Positions 1 to 14,070 are shown, counted from the stretch's first letter. The stretch: DNA of 64,000 nt from Eledone cirrhosa (GCA_964016885.1 OZ024743.1:274350001-274414000), one strand, 5' to 3'. Made by a program: numbers and translations. The notes: generated by a model not told the origin, from the sequence alone.

Positions 1-1345
1 CACTCACTTCTCTCAAGGATTTCAACATCACTCACATGCATCTGCCACTTGTTACCGAACATCTTTCTGAGACACTGCTGGTGTAATCGTTCCAGTCTTT
101 CGATGTGCCATTTGTACGCAACCCATGTCTCACACCCATACAGTTCACATGCGGCATGCACTTTCACCTTGTTCTTCCTTGATTCCTTGCCTGCACCAAA
201 GACGTTCACTGAGCCTTCCATATGACTCACTTGCTTTACTAACACGTAGTACTCACACTCAGAGTACTCCCTAAATACACAAATCTGTCAGCAACCTTCA
301 GCTTTTGACCGTATACATATGGAGGGTTACATATATATGGAGGGTTCATTGAAAGCTTTATCCAGAGCAGGTTGGTACATGCCGACAGTCTTCTGCAGAC
401 TGATTGTCAATCCCAAAGCAATGCACGCATTCGAATAAGAATCCAAAAGGTGTTGTGTGTCACTCTGGGAGTGTACAAAGAGATCACAATCATCTACATA
501 CAGAAATTTACTGATCAAGGTACTCAGTACCTCAGTGTTTTCAGTGAGACGCCTGAGGTTGAACAGTTTGCCGGAAGAGTGATATCTTAGATAGATACCG
601 TGTTGACAATCGTTGAAGGCCATGCAGAACACCATTGCGCAATACAAGGCAAACAAATTTGGTGCAGGTATATCACCGTCCTTGACACCATTTTCAACCG
701 AGATTGGCTCAAACATTTTACATCCGATGTTTACCCATGTCAGCATGTCATCGTGGGAGAACTTGAGTATCTTCATAAACTTTTCAGGACATCCCAATCT
801 CTTCAAAATAACACCCAAAGCCTTCCGATTTACGGTGTCAAATGCCTTGATCAGATCGACAAAAACTTGGTATAAATCTATGTGCTGCTCAATACATTTC
901 TGTTGAAGTTATTTGGCCGGGAAGTGCCTCTGCCATTCCTAAAGCCACATTGGGACTCAGGAAGTACCTCAACAACAATGTGCTGTACCAATCTGTCCAA
1001 CAATATCCTGTACAAGATCTTCCCAGCCACATATAGCAGTGAAATACCTCTGTAGTTGCCACAGTCATCTTTGGCTCCCTTTCCTTTGTAAACTACCACC
1101 ATCAAGGCATCTTTCCTCTCTTGCGGTACATCTTCTTCATTCCAAAGATTCACAAAGAGATCAGTGAGGCGGTTTAAGAAGTCATCACCAGTACACTTGC
1201 AGATCTCGGCACATAGTCCATCCAGTCCAGCTGACTTGCTGCTGTTCATTTTGGCAATGGCCTTCGCCAGCTCATCAAATGAAGGAGGATCAGCCATTGC
1301 CATCTTTGGACTTCTGGATGGAATCGAGTGGATGAACTCATCATA
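1..1345 (-). mobile_element. RTE-clade LINE fragment (RT domain, frameshifted), runs off the window start
   Basis: ORFs 878..1540 and 327..818 give KSAGLDG, YKGKGAKDDCGNYRGISLL, LPESQCGFR, GVKDGDIPAPNLF, GKLFNLRRL, FLYVDD; 5'-truncated at a (CA)n/(TAGA)n tract. Confidence 0.92.
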
Positions 1346-1378
1346 CACACACACACACACACATATATATATAAATAT

Positions 1379-1394
1379 ATAGATAGATAGATAA

Positions 1395-1491
<97 letters not shown>

Positions 1492-1492
1492 C
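1379..1492. repeat. (TAGA)n microsatellite
   Basis: Directly visible tetranucleotide array. Confidence 0.98.
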
Positions 1493-1501
1493 ATATATAC
1501 A

Positions 1502-1678
1502 AATATAGAAATGGCTTCTACAGGACAAGAGCTGTTTCATTCGAAGGAAATCTTCAGAGCTTTCTTGATGATTTCTTTCGAATGAAACAGTTCTAGTCCT
1601 GTAGAAGCCATTTCTATATTAATAGTTATACTCTGCTATGTACTTACTGTTGTTACCCCCGATTGAACCCGGGATATA
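1502..1678. mobile_element. Fold-back mini-element (about 52-bp arms, 1502-1620, plus about 58-bp tail) with degenerate hammerhead core boxes
   Basis: aatatagaaatggcttctacaggac is the reverse complement of gtcctgtagaagccatttctatatt; each arm carries (C/T)TGAnGA-hairpin-GAAAC...GTC. Confidence 0.7.
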
Positions 1679-2030
1679 CATATATATATATTTATTAAAA
1701 TAACAGATTAAAGTTTAAGCAAAGAATCGCTGCTTTCACCCTTAACGGGATCTTCATATATATATATATGTATGTATCAGGCCAATCAGTCACTTTATAT
1801 TTTAGAAAATATCATATATCTTTACTAGCTCTGACAGTTGGCAGGTGAACAGTGAACTGCACTGATTAAGGTTAATACCCAGAAACATTAGTGTCTGCAG
1901 TTCTGTTTACATGCCAACACATGACCGAGAATGGGGGGCTCATTCTACTGACATGGCTTTAAAAACGAGGTGGTTTGCATAATTGCAAACGAATCGAATA
2001 TGATTATTAATATTCGAAAAACTCATTACA

Positions 2031-2113
<83 letters not shown>

Positions 2114-2754
2114 TCAAATCCTGATTTTATTTTCCACGCATCCATTGAAAATTTTGATAATTTTCTGTTGTACAGACGATTTGACGGTGTGAATCCAAAT
2201 TGTAAAAGCTAAGCTGATTTTGCGATAACTCAATAAATTATTCTTACAAAGTCAATATGAATTCTCATTTTTAATTCAAGGAAACAATTAAAACATGTAA
2301 TTATATATATTAAGAAATCAATTTATTCATCTGAGATTGTTTATGTGAAACTGCTTGTGCATGCGTTAATATCCAAGCATGAGTCTGAAATTCGATTGAC
2401 TTCTGTGTCTAGGAATATAATATGGCCTTTGGCTTTAAACAATGAATGGGATATGAATTCTTTGTTTCCTTCTTTTCGCATAAGCTTTTATATCACCCCG
2501 ATGTATTTAAGAGAATTTATTGAATAATTTACCCCTCGATAACCCTAAAGTAATTGATGGAAATGTCTGCTCAAACTGAAATTAGCAGCAAATCATCGGG
2601 TATAGATTATTATAATAAAAGCTGCATGACATCATTTGCACTAATTTTTGTTTCTCATATGAGAATTTATCTATAATATATACTGATTTATTCAATCTAG
2701 TATTCTCACTTTTGTCGGTAGAGCTGTTGTTTACAGCTTTTTGTGTTTTATTAT

Positions 2755-2942
2755 ATGGTGGATTGGCAGTATCAGTAGAGGGTCGGACACCATGCTTTCC
2801 AGCATAGTTACGTCCCTTTATGATCTGAGTTCAAATCCCGCCGAGGTTGACTTTGCCTTTCATCCTTACGGGGTCGATAAAATAAAGTACCAGTAATGCA
2901 CTGGGTAATTGCTGGCCTTGTGCCTAAAGTAGAAACAATTAT
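2755..2942 (+). mobile_element. tRNA-head SINE, family A (full copy)
   Basis: A-box-like TGGCAGTATCAGTAG, B-box GAGTTCAAATCC, core GCCTTTCATCCTTACGGGGTCGATAAAATAAAGTACCAGT; more than 10 related copies in the window. Confidence 0.88.
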
Positions 2943-3482
2943 ATATTGTAATAGCTGTTTATTTTGCTTGTTTGTTTAAGCCCAGATCGTTACTGATTTA
3001 GAGTAGTTATCAAAGAAATTATTTCAGACATATATCTTGAATCACATTATCTACTATAGCACCCACCTTGTAAGTCAGTAAAATAAGATTTAAGGACAAT
3101 TTTACAGTAATTTCTAGTATGTCGAGCAACTAAATAAAACCCTGTATTGTTGGCTTGATAAAATCAAGTTGTGTTGTTAACTTCGTTTGAGAGATAGGAT
3201 CGGGTCTGAAATGATGTAATTAAACAGTTCATTATCTTTCTATTTCTCGTATTTAGTAATGATATCGGAATGTCGAGCCGAAGGCATTATTAAAACCAGA
3301 GATATAGACTCTTCTTATTCTGTTGTCTGTGCGTGAGATATAGTTTTAACCAACGTGCTAGCGGCATCATAAATACGGGAATACCCAATACTTGAAAGTC
3401 CCGCGCATGAACAAGAGAAAACGACCAACACAGTTCTTGTATCACCACGTTTTCAATCGAATACTTTTTTTGTATTTTTCAG

Positions 3483-3534
3483 TATCGTGGGTGTGGAATA
3501 TGTACCTCTATCTTATCTCCATCTTGAAGAATTG
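3483..3534 (+). CDS. BAIAP3: BAIAP3/Munc13-4-family gene, internal coding exon A (xIVGVEYVPLSYLHLEEL)
   Basis: Acceptor tttttttgtatttttcAG, donor GTAAGT; 52 bp, phase 2 in and phase 0 out; joins in frame to exon B. Peptide fits the family pattern preceding MHD1 from memory of homologs. Confidence 0.7.
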
Positions 3535-3637
3535 GTAAGTATTATTTTACTCAGGTTTGTTAAATATATGTTTATCCGGTTTAAGTTGGAAAATCTCAAG
3601 ATATTTGTCCTCAAACTGGTGGGTTTTGAGGGTAAGA

Positions 3638-3785
3638 CTTTATTTTATCTGCTTGGTGGAAGATATGTAGATATTTATTTTATCTGTTTGGTGGAAGATA
3701 TGTAGATATTTATTTTATCTGCTTGGTGGAAGATATGTAGATATTTATTTTATCTGCTTGGTGGAATAATTTATGTAGATATTTA
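3638..3785. repeat. About 34-bp tandem repeat x4 (ttattttatctgcttggtggaagatatgtagata)
   Basis: Directly visible, about 100 bp downstream of exon A. Confidence 0.92.
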
Positions 3786-4295
3786 ATGGCTTGGTATGCT
3801 AACGAATTGAATTTAATGCTGTTAATTTCAAATTAGTCAGTTTCCGTAGGATAAATTATTTCTTAAGCACTTTGATTCATAGCTAGAATAATTAAACGAA
3901 GTGTTTGATAGATGACCCTTAGAAAGAGAGACAGAATGGATGGTGGGAAACGATACGATGGTATTAACAAAGTCGTTTAACTGGGAATCACAAATCGCCG
4001 GCAAGTTTGAAAAAGCTATCGTTTCAATATAAGTTGTGACGTTCCTTTGAGTACTTTCGGGGTGAGAGTATGATATAACAAAGCTCTGTGGATTAAGAGC
4101 ATCGAGGAATAGCTATGTGATAAAGAAATCAACAACGAAATTACATGGCACTGAGTCTCACTTTGTTACGTGGTCCTTTCTGCAAATGTCTTCTGTCCTA
4201 GTCTTGAGCTAACTAATACCTTGTGAAAGTAATTGAAAGCCAGTAGAATGGACTGCACCGATGATTCACTGGCATGTTTGTTATATTGTCTCTGA

Positions 4296-5130
4296 GAGAT
4301 CTGTTGAAAATGTAGCCGACCTTTTTTTCGTTAGAAGCAATGAATTAAGGTAGATAGAGTGTGCAGAGTGGAACGCGCATACTTTGTTTTCGGCAATATC
4401 ACTGGATACGTCAGTTGCTGTCAGGTAGCCATTGTATGAGAAGCTGTACTACTTGTCGCATTTATGTTTTACTCGATACTGCCAACAAGGATCTTGAGTT
4501 TCTAAATACGGTGAGACTTGGAGATGAGAAATGGGTGTAGAGATCCGACCCAGAAACCGACACCTATTCATCAAATTGGAAGCATCCAATGTGGCCAAGC
4601 CGCCAAAATCACATCAGGTATGGAGAAAAATCAAATTTATGCTGACTGTTTTGTTTTACTACCGTGGCACTATATATCATGAATACGCGCCAAAACGACC
4701 CACCGTTACAAAGGAGTAACATCATGAAGTCCTGCAACGTCCACAAGATGCATTTCGCTGCAAGTGATCTGTTTGCCTCGCAGAATTGGCAGCTGCCACC
4801 TGAAAACGCACTCGTTCATTCGTAAATGCTGATCCATGATTTTATTCATTCGCCAGGCTCCCTACTACCAAGGCAGGATTTCTTCTGATTTCTGCTCATT
4901 CTCAAAAATTAAGATGTCACTGAATGGCTCCTGCTTTGAGAAAAATCTCGAACTGCAACAACGGAGCTGAAACCCATTCCGGAACAAACATCCTCGCTTG
5001 TTACGAACTGTGAAAGGATCGCTGGGATAAATTTGTAGAGACACAATTGCATTGCATCAAAGGGTATTAGCAATTAAACCCTAACAATTGTATAGATTCT
5101 TTCTACCCTATAGTCGCATAACTTTTCGTA
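4296..5130 (+). mobile_element. Decayed mariner-type DNA transposon
   Basis: ORF 4531..4719 KIKFMLTVLFYYRGTIYHEYAP...TVTKE plus frameshifted GDEKWV/DPET and PxLPRQDF...FxKxK remnants resemble a mariner transposase; ends approximate. Confidence 0.75.
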
Positions 5131-5362
5131 TTCGAGGGACAGAAAGACAAAGATAAACTGATAAATCCGGGTTTAGGTTGAAACATACTTCAACCACCAT
5201 CATTCGCCTCCGATACACAGTTCAGATTGTCTTTTTTGTCCTAAGTCTCTTAATTAAACTATATATAGCTACCATTTTTTCCGCCATCAAATTTATTATG
5301 AAAATTCGAGCCTAGGGTTCTTTTAAATAATTTATTCTTTGTTCCATGTGATTACATACATA

Positions 5363-5533
5363 TGGTGGCTGCCAACTCGTTTTCGAGTACGGCCACTACT
5401 TTATATCCAAGTAGGAGGACCCCTACCGATGCGCTGAATGAGTGTGACTTTTTAGTCCAGCCAGAGACTTAAAAACTCTGGCACAAACACCACACTTGTG
5501 ACAATTATTGCAATTAGTGATGGGCCCATGGTA
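5363..5533 (-). mobile_element. 3' fragment of the RTE-derived non-autonomous family (see 40182)
   Basis: Near-identical reverse complement of about 40620-40791; (TACA)n tail. Confidence 0.9.
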
Positions 5534-5955
5534 CATATATATACATATATACATACATATATTCATATATACATACATACATTCATACATATACATACAT
5601 TCATACATATACATACATGCATACATACATATATATATACATACATATAATCATATATACATACATACATACATTCATATATACATACATATAGTCATAC
5701 ATACATATATACACATGTATATATACATACATATATACATATAATATTATATTACATATTATATTACGGCTCTGTCCTCAGACATCGAGCTAACCTTATA
5801 CTGCCTATTGGATAAGTGGAGTGTTACACACTCCTAATCCCCTCCCTTATATACATATATACATACGTATATATACATATATATATACATACATATATAC
5901 ATATATATACACACATATATTCATACGTATATATACATATATATATACATACATA

Positions 5956-6158
5956 TGGTGGCTGCCAACTCGTTTTCGAGTACGGCCACTACTTTATATC
6001 CATGTAGGAGAACCCCTACCGATGCGCTGAACAAGTGTGACTTTTTAGTCCAGCCAGCGACTTGAAAACTCTGGTACAAACACTACACTTGTGACAATTA
6101 CTGACACACAGTGCTGGGCCCATGGTACCATGTGATGACAAGTGCAGAGAGATCTCCA
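5956..6158 (-). mobile_element. 3' fragment of the RTE-derived non-autonomous family (see 40182)
   Basis: Second copy; encodes CHKCSVCTRVFKSLAGLKSHTCSAHR. Confidence 0.9.
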
Positions 6159-6448
6159 CATACATACATACATATATACACACATACATGCATACACACA
6201 CAGAGACACACACACACACACAGATACAAACATACATGCCCGTAAACACACACGCTAACATGCATTCATACACACATACATACATTCTATGTATATATAT
6301 ATATATGTGTGTGTGTAGATATATATATATATACATATATATATATACATAAATATATATATATATATACATATATATATACGTATATATATATATTCAT
6401 ATAGATATAGATATAGATATATATGTATATATATATATATATATATAG

Positions 6449-6483
<35 letters not shown>

Positions 6484-6500
6484 CATATGTATATATATAC

Positions 6501-6533
<33 letters not shown>

Positions 6534-6654
6534 CATATGTATATATATACATATATATATATATAAATATATATATATATACATATGTGAAGTAATTCCG
6601 TCGGAAAAGTCCAGGAAAAAAGAGTGCTCTATGTAAGCAACAGAGATTAATTAA

Positions 6655-6750
6655 TTGTTTCTACTTTAGGCACAAGGCCAGCAATTACCCAGTTCATTAC
6701 TGGTACTTTATTTTGTCGACCCCGTAAGGATGAAAGGCAAAGTCAACCTT
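6655..6750 (-). mobile_element. 5'-truncated SINE family A
   Basis: Reverse complement of the core and tail of 2755-2942. Confidence 0.85.
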
Positions 6751-6790
6751 GAAGCTTAATTAATATTATGTAATAAACAACACAAGGCAA

Positions 6791-6856
6791 TTATTCCATT
6801 TACCAGTGGTTTCTTAAAAGCAAAAGGTTTTGCTTTCAATCCTCAGAATGAAAAAA
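6791..6856 (-). ncRNA. Minimal type I hammerhead ribozyme
   Basis: ttttcatt-CTGAGGA-TTGAAAGCAAAA cc TTTTGCTTTTAA-GAAAC CACTG GTA-aatggaat: stems I and II pair, short stem III, GUA triplet. Confidence 0.8.
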
Positions 6857-6987
6857 TCCTGGTTTGTTTATTGAATTTGGATCTTAAAAACAAAAAAAAG
6901 CAAGCTATATGAAAGTGAGGCTGGAGAAGGAAGAAGGAAAGAAAAAATAAAAATAAAATAAGACTACCCATACAACCACACATACAC

Positions 6988-7061
<74 letters not shown>

Positions 7062-7161
7062 GTTATTCCGGGTTGAATCGGAGGCAGCCACAGTAAGCAA
7101 GGCACTCAGTACACCGCAGAGCATGAAGGTTCTAATACAGATGAGAATCTGTGTATGTATA

Positions 7162-7211
<50 letters not shown>

Positions 7212-7292
7212 TATACACACACACACACACACATACAATTATCAATATATACACACGCACATATGTACACACACACATATATACACACACAC

Positions 7293-7329
<37 letters not shown>

Positions 7330-7502
7330 TACATATACATGCATATACACATATACACACATACACAACCACGCACACACACATGCATACGCATACACAC
7401 ACGTATATGCGTGTGTGTATGTAAAACTCAATCTTAGATAAATCATAAGGACTTTACATATACGTATATATAGTAGTAAAGTATTAAAGCAACATAAGGC
7501 AA

Positions 7503-7568
7503 TTATTCCATTTACCAAGGGTTTCTTAAAAGCAAAAAAATGTTCCTACAATCTTCAGGATGAGAGAA
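7503..7568 (-). ncRNA. Minimal type I hammerhead ribozyme (diverged partner of 6791)
   Basis: catc-CTGAAGA-ttgtaggaacatttttttgcttttaa-GAAAC CCTTG GTA-aatgg; mismatches in stems I and II. Confidence 0.6.
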
Positions 7569-7697
7569 ACCTGGCTTATCCACACATACACATATATACA
7601 CACACACACAAATACATACATATATAAATACATACACACAGGCACACACACACATACGTATAAACATATATACATACACACATACACACACATATCC

Positions 7698-7818
<121 letters not shown>

Positions 7819-8372
7819 TACACACAAATATACACACACATACACATAGGTATGTGGAGGGCAAGGCAAAAAGAATATATGTGGGGGGGGCGCATAGGAG
7901 AAGGTAAAATATAAGGGGAGGTAAGGGAGAAAAAAATATATAATAAATGTAAGTATACAAGAGTACAGAACGTAGAAACAGTAAAATAAAAACCGTAGCA
8001 GAAATAAAGAGCGGAGGAGGAGTTCAAGGCGGTTGATTTCTCATAGGAGTGTCAATCCAGTTACAGATCAGGTGCGGTCTCAGATGAGGACAGCATCTGA
8101 AGATCTCAGTCTTTGAATTAAGGCAAGCGGAAGTGTCTCTCAAGTTTAGCAAAATCCTATACTTTTCTGTGGTACACAAAGAACAATTCTTTGTGCCCCT
8201 TTGGTACTCCCTCGAATGGTCTAATATAGACCAATCAATAGAGTACGGGATGTTACTATCCTTGAGTTCCCACACCTTACTTGCGAGGGCCGTTGATGTT
8301 CGTTTATATATGTATATATATACATATGTATATATATACATATATATATATAAATATATATATATACATATG

Positions 8373-8443
<71 letters not shown>

Positions 8444-8501
8444 GTGTATATATATACATATATATATATACATGTGTATATATATATACATATATATATA
8501 T

Positions 8502-8543
<42 letters not shown>

Positions 8544-8803
8544 AAAATGTTTGTACCAGATTTATTTTTACTTTTTCATGACATGAAAATACAAATGTTT
8601 TAAAATAATCTAATTTTCTGCATATAAACAATGATTCGATTGTGTACTAAAATAGAAAAAGAATACATGCATGAAAAAATTGAATGCTTTTAAATTAATT
8701 CATTAAAAATAGCTCTCAAAGGCAACGTCGTTTTTATGATAGTCTTTATACTTACTATTTTCATTGCAAGGTGAAATCAAGAATCGTGCAGGTTTATATA
8801 GTA

Positions 8804-9678
8804 CTAGCAGTAAAGCCCGGCGTTGCTCGGGGTCGCTCAGTAGCTGTGTTAAAGTTACAATGTTAAGTTTCTTTTTTGGCTTAAAAACTGTAGTGTCTAC
8901 TGTGCAGACTTGCATGTGGTGTTTTTGATTAATATTCCCTCAACCAACAATATGCCTTATGAAGTTAAGAAAACATAACGATAACCCGAATGTTATAACA
9001 AAAGAGGATGCTGGGGATAGAAACTGCACTGGTTATTTATTAACAAAGATCGAAAATGTAAACACTGCAACGCAGAGAAAAACATTAGCGTAACCAAATT
9101 ATCAGTTATGTCTGTCTGCACGCCTATATCACCTCTCTGCACGACTGTCTGTCTGCACGCCTATATCACCTCTCTGCACGACTGTCTGTCTGCACGCCTA
9201 TATCACCTCTCTGCACGACTGTCTGTCTGCACGACTGTCTGTCTGCACGCCTAACGACGAAATATTTGCTTGTTTTACGTAGTCTTTAAATAGACTTGTT
9301 TTCAAGTAAAAATATTGTTTTAAAATGCTTTTAAATGGAAATGAAGCAAAACGGAAGTTTAGTGTTCGAACTGATGAATTTTGCAGGTCAATATTTTGCT
9401 GGCTCGACAACTGTTAAAGCCAGCGTAATTTTTTACGTAAGACGCTCAATGTAAACAGAACAAAGGGAAATAACTGATCACTTACGCTCAAAAATCGATA
9501 CATTATATTCGATTTCGTCACATAGGGTGGGTCAATTTGAAATTTTTTTTCCGATGTCTTCGCTAGGGCTCAATGTACAAGTATAGCAATTTCGGTGCAA
9601 TTCCGTGAGAGATTCTAAGAGGAGATGTGTGCCAAAAATCGATAGACAGACAGACAACCACAGTTTTATATATATAGA
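8804..9678 (-). mobile_element. Non-autonomous Helitron (875 bp)
   Basis: On the - strand: A^TCTATATATATAAAAC...GTCTGTCTGTC 5' end, 3' hairpin CCCGAGCAACGCCGGG about 10 nt before terminal CTAG^T; no TSD; internal approximately 37-bp tandem repeat at 9109-9252. Confidence 0.85.
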
Positions 9679-9771
9679 TATATCAATATTTAATATATGT
9701 GAGCGACTGTGAAAAGGTATATACATATATATAATTATATTGAGGTGAATATGTATGTGTTTGTATATATA

Positions 9772-9877
<106 letters not shown>

Positions 9878-9925
9878 GACGTAAAATAAGAAAATTATAA
9901 TAATTAACTTACTTACTTAAGTTTC

Positions 9926-10004
9926 ACTCCAACTAATTAGTTTCTGAAAGAGGATATACATAGTGTTCAAAACCATGGAGAATTCCTTTCTTCATCAGGG
10001 AGTC
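9926..10004 (-). ncRNA. Minimal type I hammerhead ribozyme
   Basis: actcc-CTGATGA-agaaagga...tcctctttca-GAAAC TAATTA GTT-ggagt; palindromic stem III AACTAATTAGTT. Confidence 0.72.
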
Positions 10005-10400
10005 AATTCTCTGCTAAGATCCCTGGCGATAGGCGGACACAGGGATCTCAAACAAAAATAATTCAGTGAATGGAAAAGAAGCAAGCGCGACTAAATTTCA
10101 AGTCACTGAAAATTTCACTACCTTCCCGGTCAATGGCAAATTCAAAAGAATCAATCACGTGACATCGAGGTTAATCAGTGAGCAGTGGGTGTTAAAAAGA
10201 CAGTAGCCAAAATATTACTATGAATCATAGCAGTAATTCAGGCAAATTTTTGCTCAACAAATAATTTGGAGATAATTATAAAGAATTAGTATATCTACCA
10301 ACATATTTATACAGAAGTATACTTATGCTAGCAGGATATAGGTCTTGTCTTAGTAACTTTGTGGTTCAATACAAAAATGTAGAACAATTATATTAACGCT

Positions 10401-10465
<65 letters not shown>

Positions 10466-10500
10466 CATATTCACCTCGATATAATTATATATGTGTATGC

Positions 10501-10553
<53 letters not shown>

Positions 10554-10591
10554 TACACATATATAATTATATCGAGGTGAATATGCATGTG

Positions 10592-10682
<91 letters not shown>

Positions 10683-10752
10683 AGCGTTAACCTAATATAT
10701 CCCTTCCGTATACTGTACCGATTGTGTTGTTATTTCTGTTTACCTTTTATAT

Positions 10753-10854
<102 letters not shown>

Positions 10855-10980
10855 GTAGAAGGTGACTAATATTCTAGAACAATAAAACTATGCATATATC
10901 ATATAAGTAGCACTCAACAGTTGGTAGAACTGGAGTATATATTAAAGAAGAAATTAAAAGATGGTTAGAAAAGTTCCATA

Positions 10981-11050
10981 TATTTTATTATGCGCATTTC
11001 GAAAACAACATCCTCCTGGGACAAAAATTGTGTTCTCATCAGATAAAATA
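10981..11050 (-). ncRNA. Minimal type I hammerhead ribozyme (left arm)
   Basis: tattttat-CTGATGA-gaacacaa...tgttgttttc-GAAA TGCGCA TA-ataaaata. Confidence 0.8.
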
Positions 11051-11136
11051 AGGTAACATGATATGCGGCCTAAAACACTTGTCAACAGGAAAGTGCAAAG
11101 TCTACTAGTGTTTTTAGGCCTCATATCATGTCACCT

Positions 11137-11206
11137 TATTTTATCTGATGAGAAGACAATTGTTGTCCCAGGATGATGTTGTTTTCGAAATGCGCATAAT
11201 AAAATA
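11137..11206 (+). ncRNA. Minimal type I hammerhead ribozyme (right arm)
   Basis: tattttat-CTGATGA-gaagacaat...gttgttttc-GAAA TGCGCA TA-ataaaata; 8-bp stem I, palindromic stem III ATGCGCAT, AUA triplet. Confidence 0.82.
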
Positions 11207-11238
11207 TATCGAACTTTTTTAACCATCTTATAAGTTCT

Positions 11239-11294
<56 letters not shown>

Positions 11295-11298
<4 letters not shown>

Positions 11299-11589
11299 GT
11301 GTATAGTGGTAGCTATGGTGCATCCATAGGGGGTATGCCAAAATTAGCACTCGATATTCATCAGAGTAGAGTGTAGATATTATAAAGAAAACGAAAAAAT
11401 CAGTGATGCATCTGGACTTAGTTTATTTCGTGTTACAAATGTTTCGCCGGCATGTAGCTCGATTCATGGTCCTTGTATGGAAGTAGAATCAGCCAGATCG
11501 ATACAAGGACTCGAGCTACATACCGGCGAAACATTTGTAACACGAAATAACCTAAGTCCAGATGCATCACTGATTTTTCGCTTTCTTTA

Positions 11590-11652
<63 letters not shown>

Positions 11653-11707
11653 AGAAAGCGAAAAATCAGTGATGCATCTGGACTTAGTTTATTTCGTGTT
11701 ACAAATG
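11295..11707. mobile_element. Fold-back element: tail plus inverted arms 11381-11590, with a third arm copy at 11648-11707
   Basis: Arms are reverse-complementary and carry the half-hammerhead GAAAC ATTT GTA; (TA)n flanks. Confidence 0.78.
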
Positions 11708-11788
11708 TATATATGTGTGTGTATGTGTGTATACGTTTACGTATGAAGAGATATATATACGTATATACATCTATATATATGTACAAAC

Positions 11789-11900
<112 letters not shown>

Positions 11901-12029
11901 TATTAAAGAGAGTGAGACGAGTTGAAGTGAAGTTGTTCATTTTATTATTGCTACGAGATGCGAGTACGTTTGTTTTTTAGCGGGCAGATAGCACGGGGAA
12001 CAAATCTTGGATGGATTTTTAAATGATGC

Positions 12030-12340
12030 CATTAACATTTTGGCAATATTGATTGAATATTTCCCACATCATACAGGTGATGTAGCACTCTCAGCAGTTG
12101 ATTTTGAGTTTTCCTAGTCGAACCCAATAGTTCAGCTCTGCCATGCCGTCTAACTTTTTTGTAATTGATCTCTTGACTTCAGCAGATTGTTATTTTCTAG
12201 AACGTTAGTATATTTCTGATTTCACGACTCTCTAAAATAACTTGATGACATGAGAGGTAGAATATGATTATATGAGAATGTGAGAATGGACAGTAATTCA
12301 CTGCAAGGGACTTGTTCTCCTTTTTGAAAACTGGGACATA
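12030..12340 (-). mobile_element. Decayed CR1/L2-like LINE RT fragment
   Basis: [19 protein letters not shown] resembles VP.FKKG....NYRPISL; downstream frameshifted LENNNLL and TQNQLL remnants. Confidence 0.6.
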
Positions 12341-12353
12341 TATGTATATATGG

Positions 12354-12499
<146 letters not shown>

Positions 12500-12528
12500 C
12501 ATATATATATATACATATATATATATAC

Positions 12529-12736
<208 letters not shown>

Positions 12737-12737
12737 A

Positions 12738-13638
12738 CAGGGTGTTCGGGATAAATTTGACAGTTTCATCAGGAAAAAGAAAAAGTGCTTGGTATCTACA
12801 AAATTTATTTGGTTTAAAAGAAATTCAATGGAGAAGAAAATTACTCTATTGTGAAAGAGTTTTTCTCAAAATAACCTCCATTAGCGTCTATTACAGCCTC
12901 AATCCGGGCCCGGAACCTAGAGCAAGCTGATTTTACACTTTGCCTGGGAAGGCCCTCAAAAACTACTTTAATTCTGTCGATTAACTGGGCTTTTGTAGTA
13001 CTGGCACGGCGATTGGTGTCTTTCTCTACAGCGCCCCATACATAATAGTCCATCGGGTTAAGATCAGGGGAGTTCGGAGGCCAAACATTGGGACTGGTGT
13101 AGTCGTAAAACTTGGCTGACAACCATTTTTGACTTTTCCCCGAGGTGTGGCAGGGGGCCGAATCCAGCTGCCATACATACGGCCTATTATTGGTTACCCT
13201 TGTTATCCAGGGCTTCAATTCATGCGACAAAGACCGCATTCCGATGCCAGGGTCCTCCAACACTTTTTTCTGCAGATTTTCGAGGAATTCTGCTGTGCGA
13301 GAGCAATCAGATCTTCTGTTATGTTTCTTTCTTCTAGCCACAGCCTCGTAGTCTCCATTGCAATTCTCCAGTTCATGCCGGATTGTTTTTACAGTGTTCA
13401 GGAAGCATTGAGCAGCGACCATAATCTCCTTATTTTGATGGCCGGCGCGAATCATCATGATACAAGTTATTCTCTTCCATGATTCAGGTGGCTCCCAGTC
13501 ATCCATTCTCGTTGTCATCACATATATGAATGAAGGAGGGTTTAAACTTTCAAATAAAGCCTAGTGGGCGTGAATGAATTTAAAACATCTGAAAAAACAA
13601 CCAAATATTATTCTGTCAAATTTATCCCGAACACCCTG
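12738..13638 (-). mobile_element. Tc1/mariner superfamily, DD37D (maT-type) transposon with internal in-frame deletion
   Basis: Perfect 26-bp TIRs CAGGGTGTTCGGGATAAATTTGACAG (12738-12763, 13613-13638), TA flanks; ORF 12841..13521 with WQLDSAPCH...WPPNSPDLNPMD, 37 residues between the two Asp. Confidence 0.93.
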
Positions 13639-13661
13639 TATAAACACATATATATATATAC

Positions 13662-13710
<49 letters not shown>

Positions 13711-13947
13711 CATATATATATATATGTGTGTGTATATATATATATATAGATATAGATATAGATGTATATAATCCATATATATATATATATAATCCATATA
13801 GGCACCCGTTTTACGTGTGTTGTATTGAAGCGAATAACTATGTGTATATTCTGGTAATGTATCTTACATTGCCCATGTAGTACGCTGAGATACAACCGGT
13901 CCTGGCACTGATAAATATGCTGGGTCCGTCAACTCCTTATTATTATA

Positions 13948-14070
13948 TTCGAATTCCGCCGAGGTTAACTTTGCCTTTCATCCTTACGGGGTCGATAAAA
14001 TAATGTACCAGTAATGCACTGGATAATTGCTGGCCTTGTGCCAAAAAGTAGAAACAATTATTATTATTAT

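Larger units (their letters stand above)
10855..11243. mobile_element. Fold-back PLE terminus in (TA)n: about 135-bp inverted arms (10943-11080 / 11108-11243) plus about 90-bp tail
   Basis: Arms are visibly reverse-complementary, each holds a hammerhead, and both flanks are (TA)n. Confidence 0.82.

Noticed and set aside
1700-1757. Hammerhead on - strand (TGAAGA-tccc gttaa gggt-GAAA); also weak cores at about 15634 and 47255-47358
   Set aside because: Truncated into (TA)n or lacking stem I/III and a clear NUH site; not listed as ribozymes.
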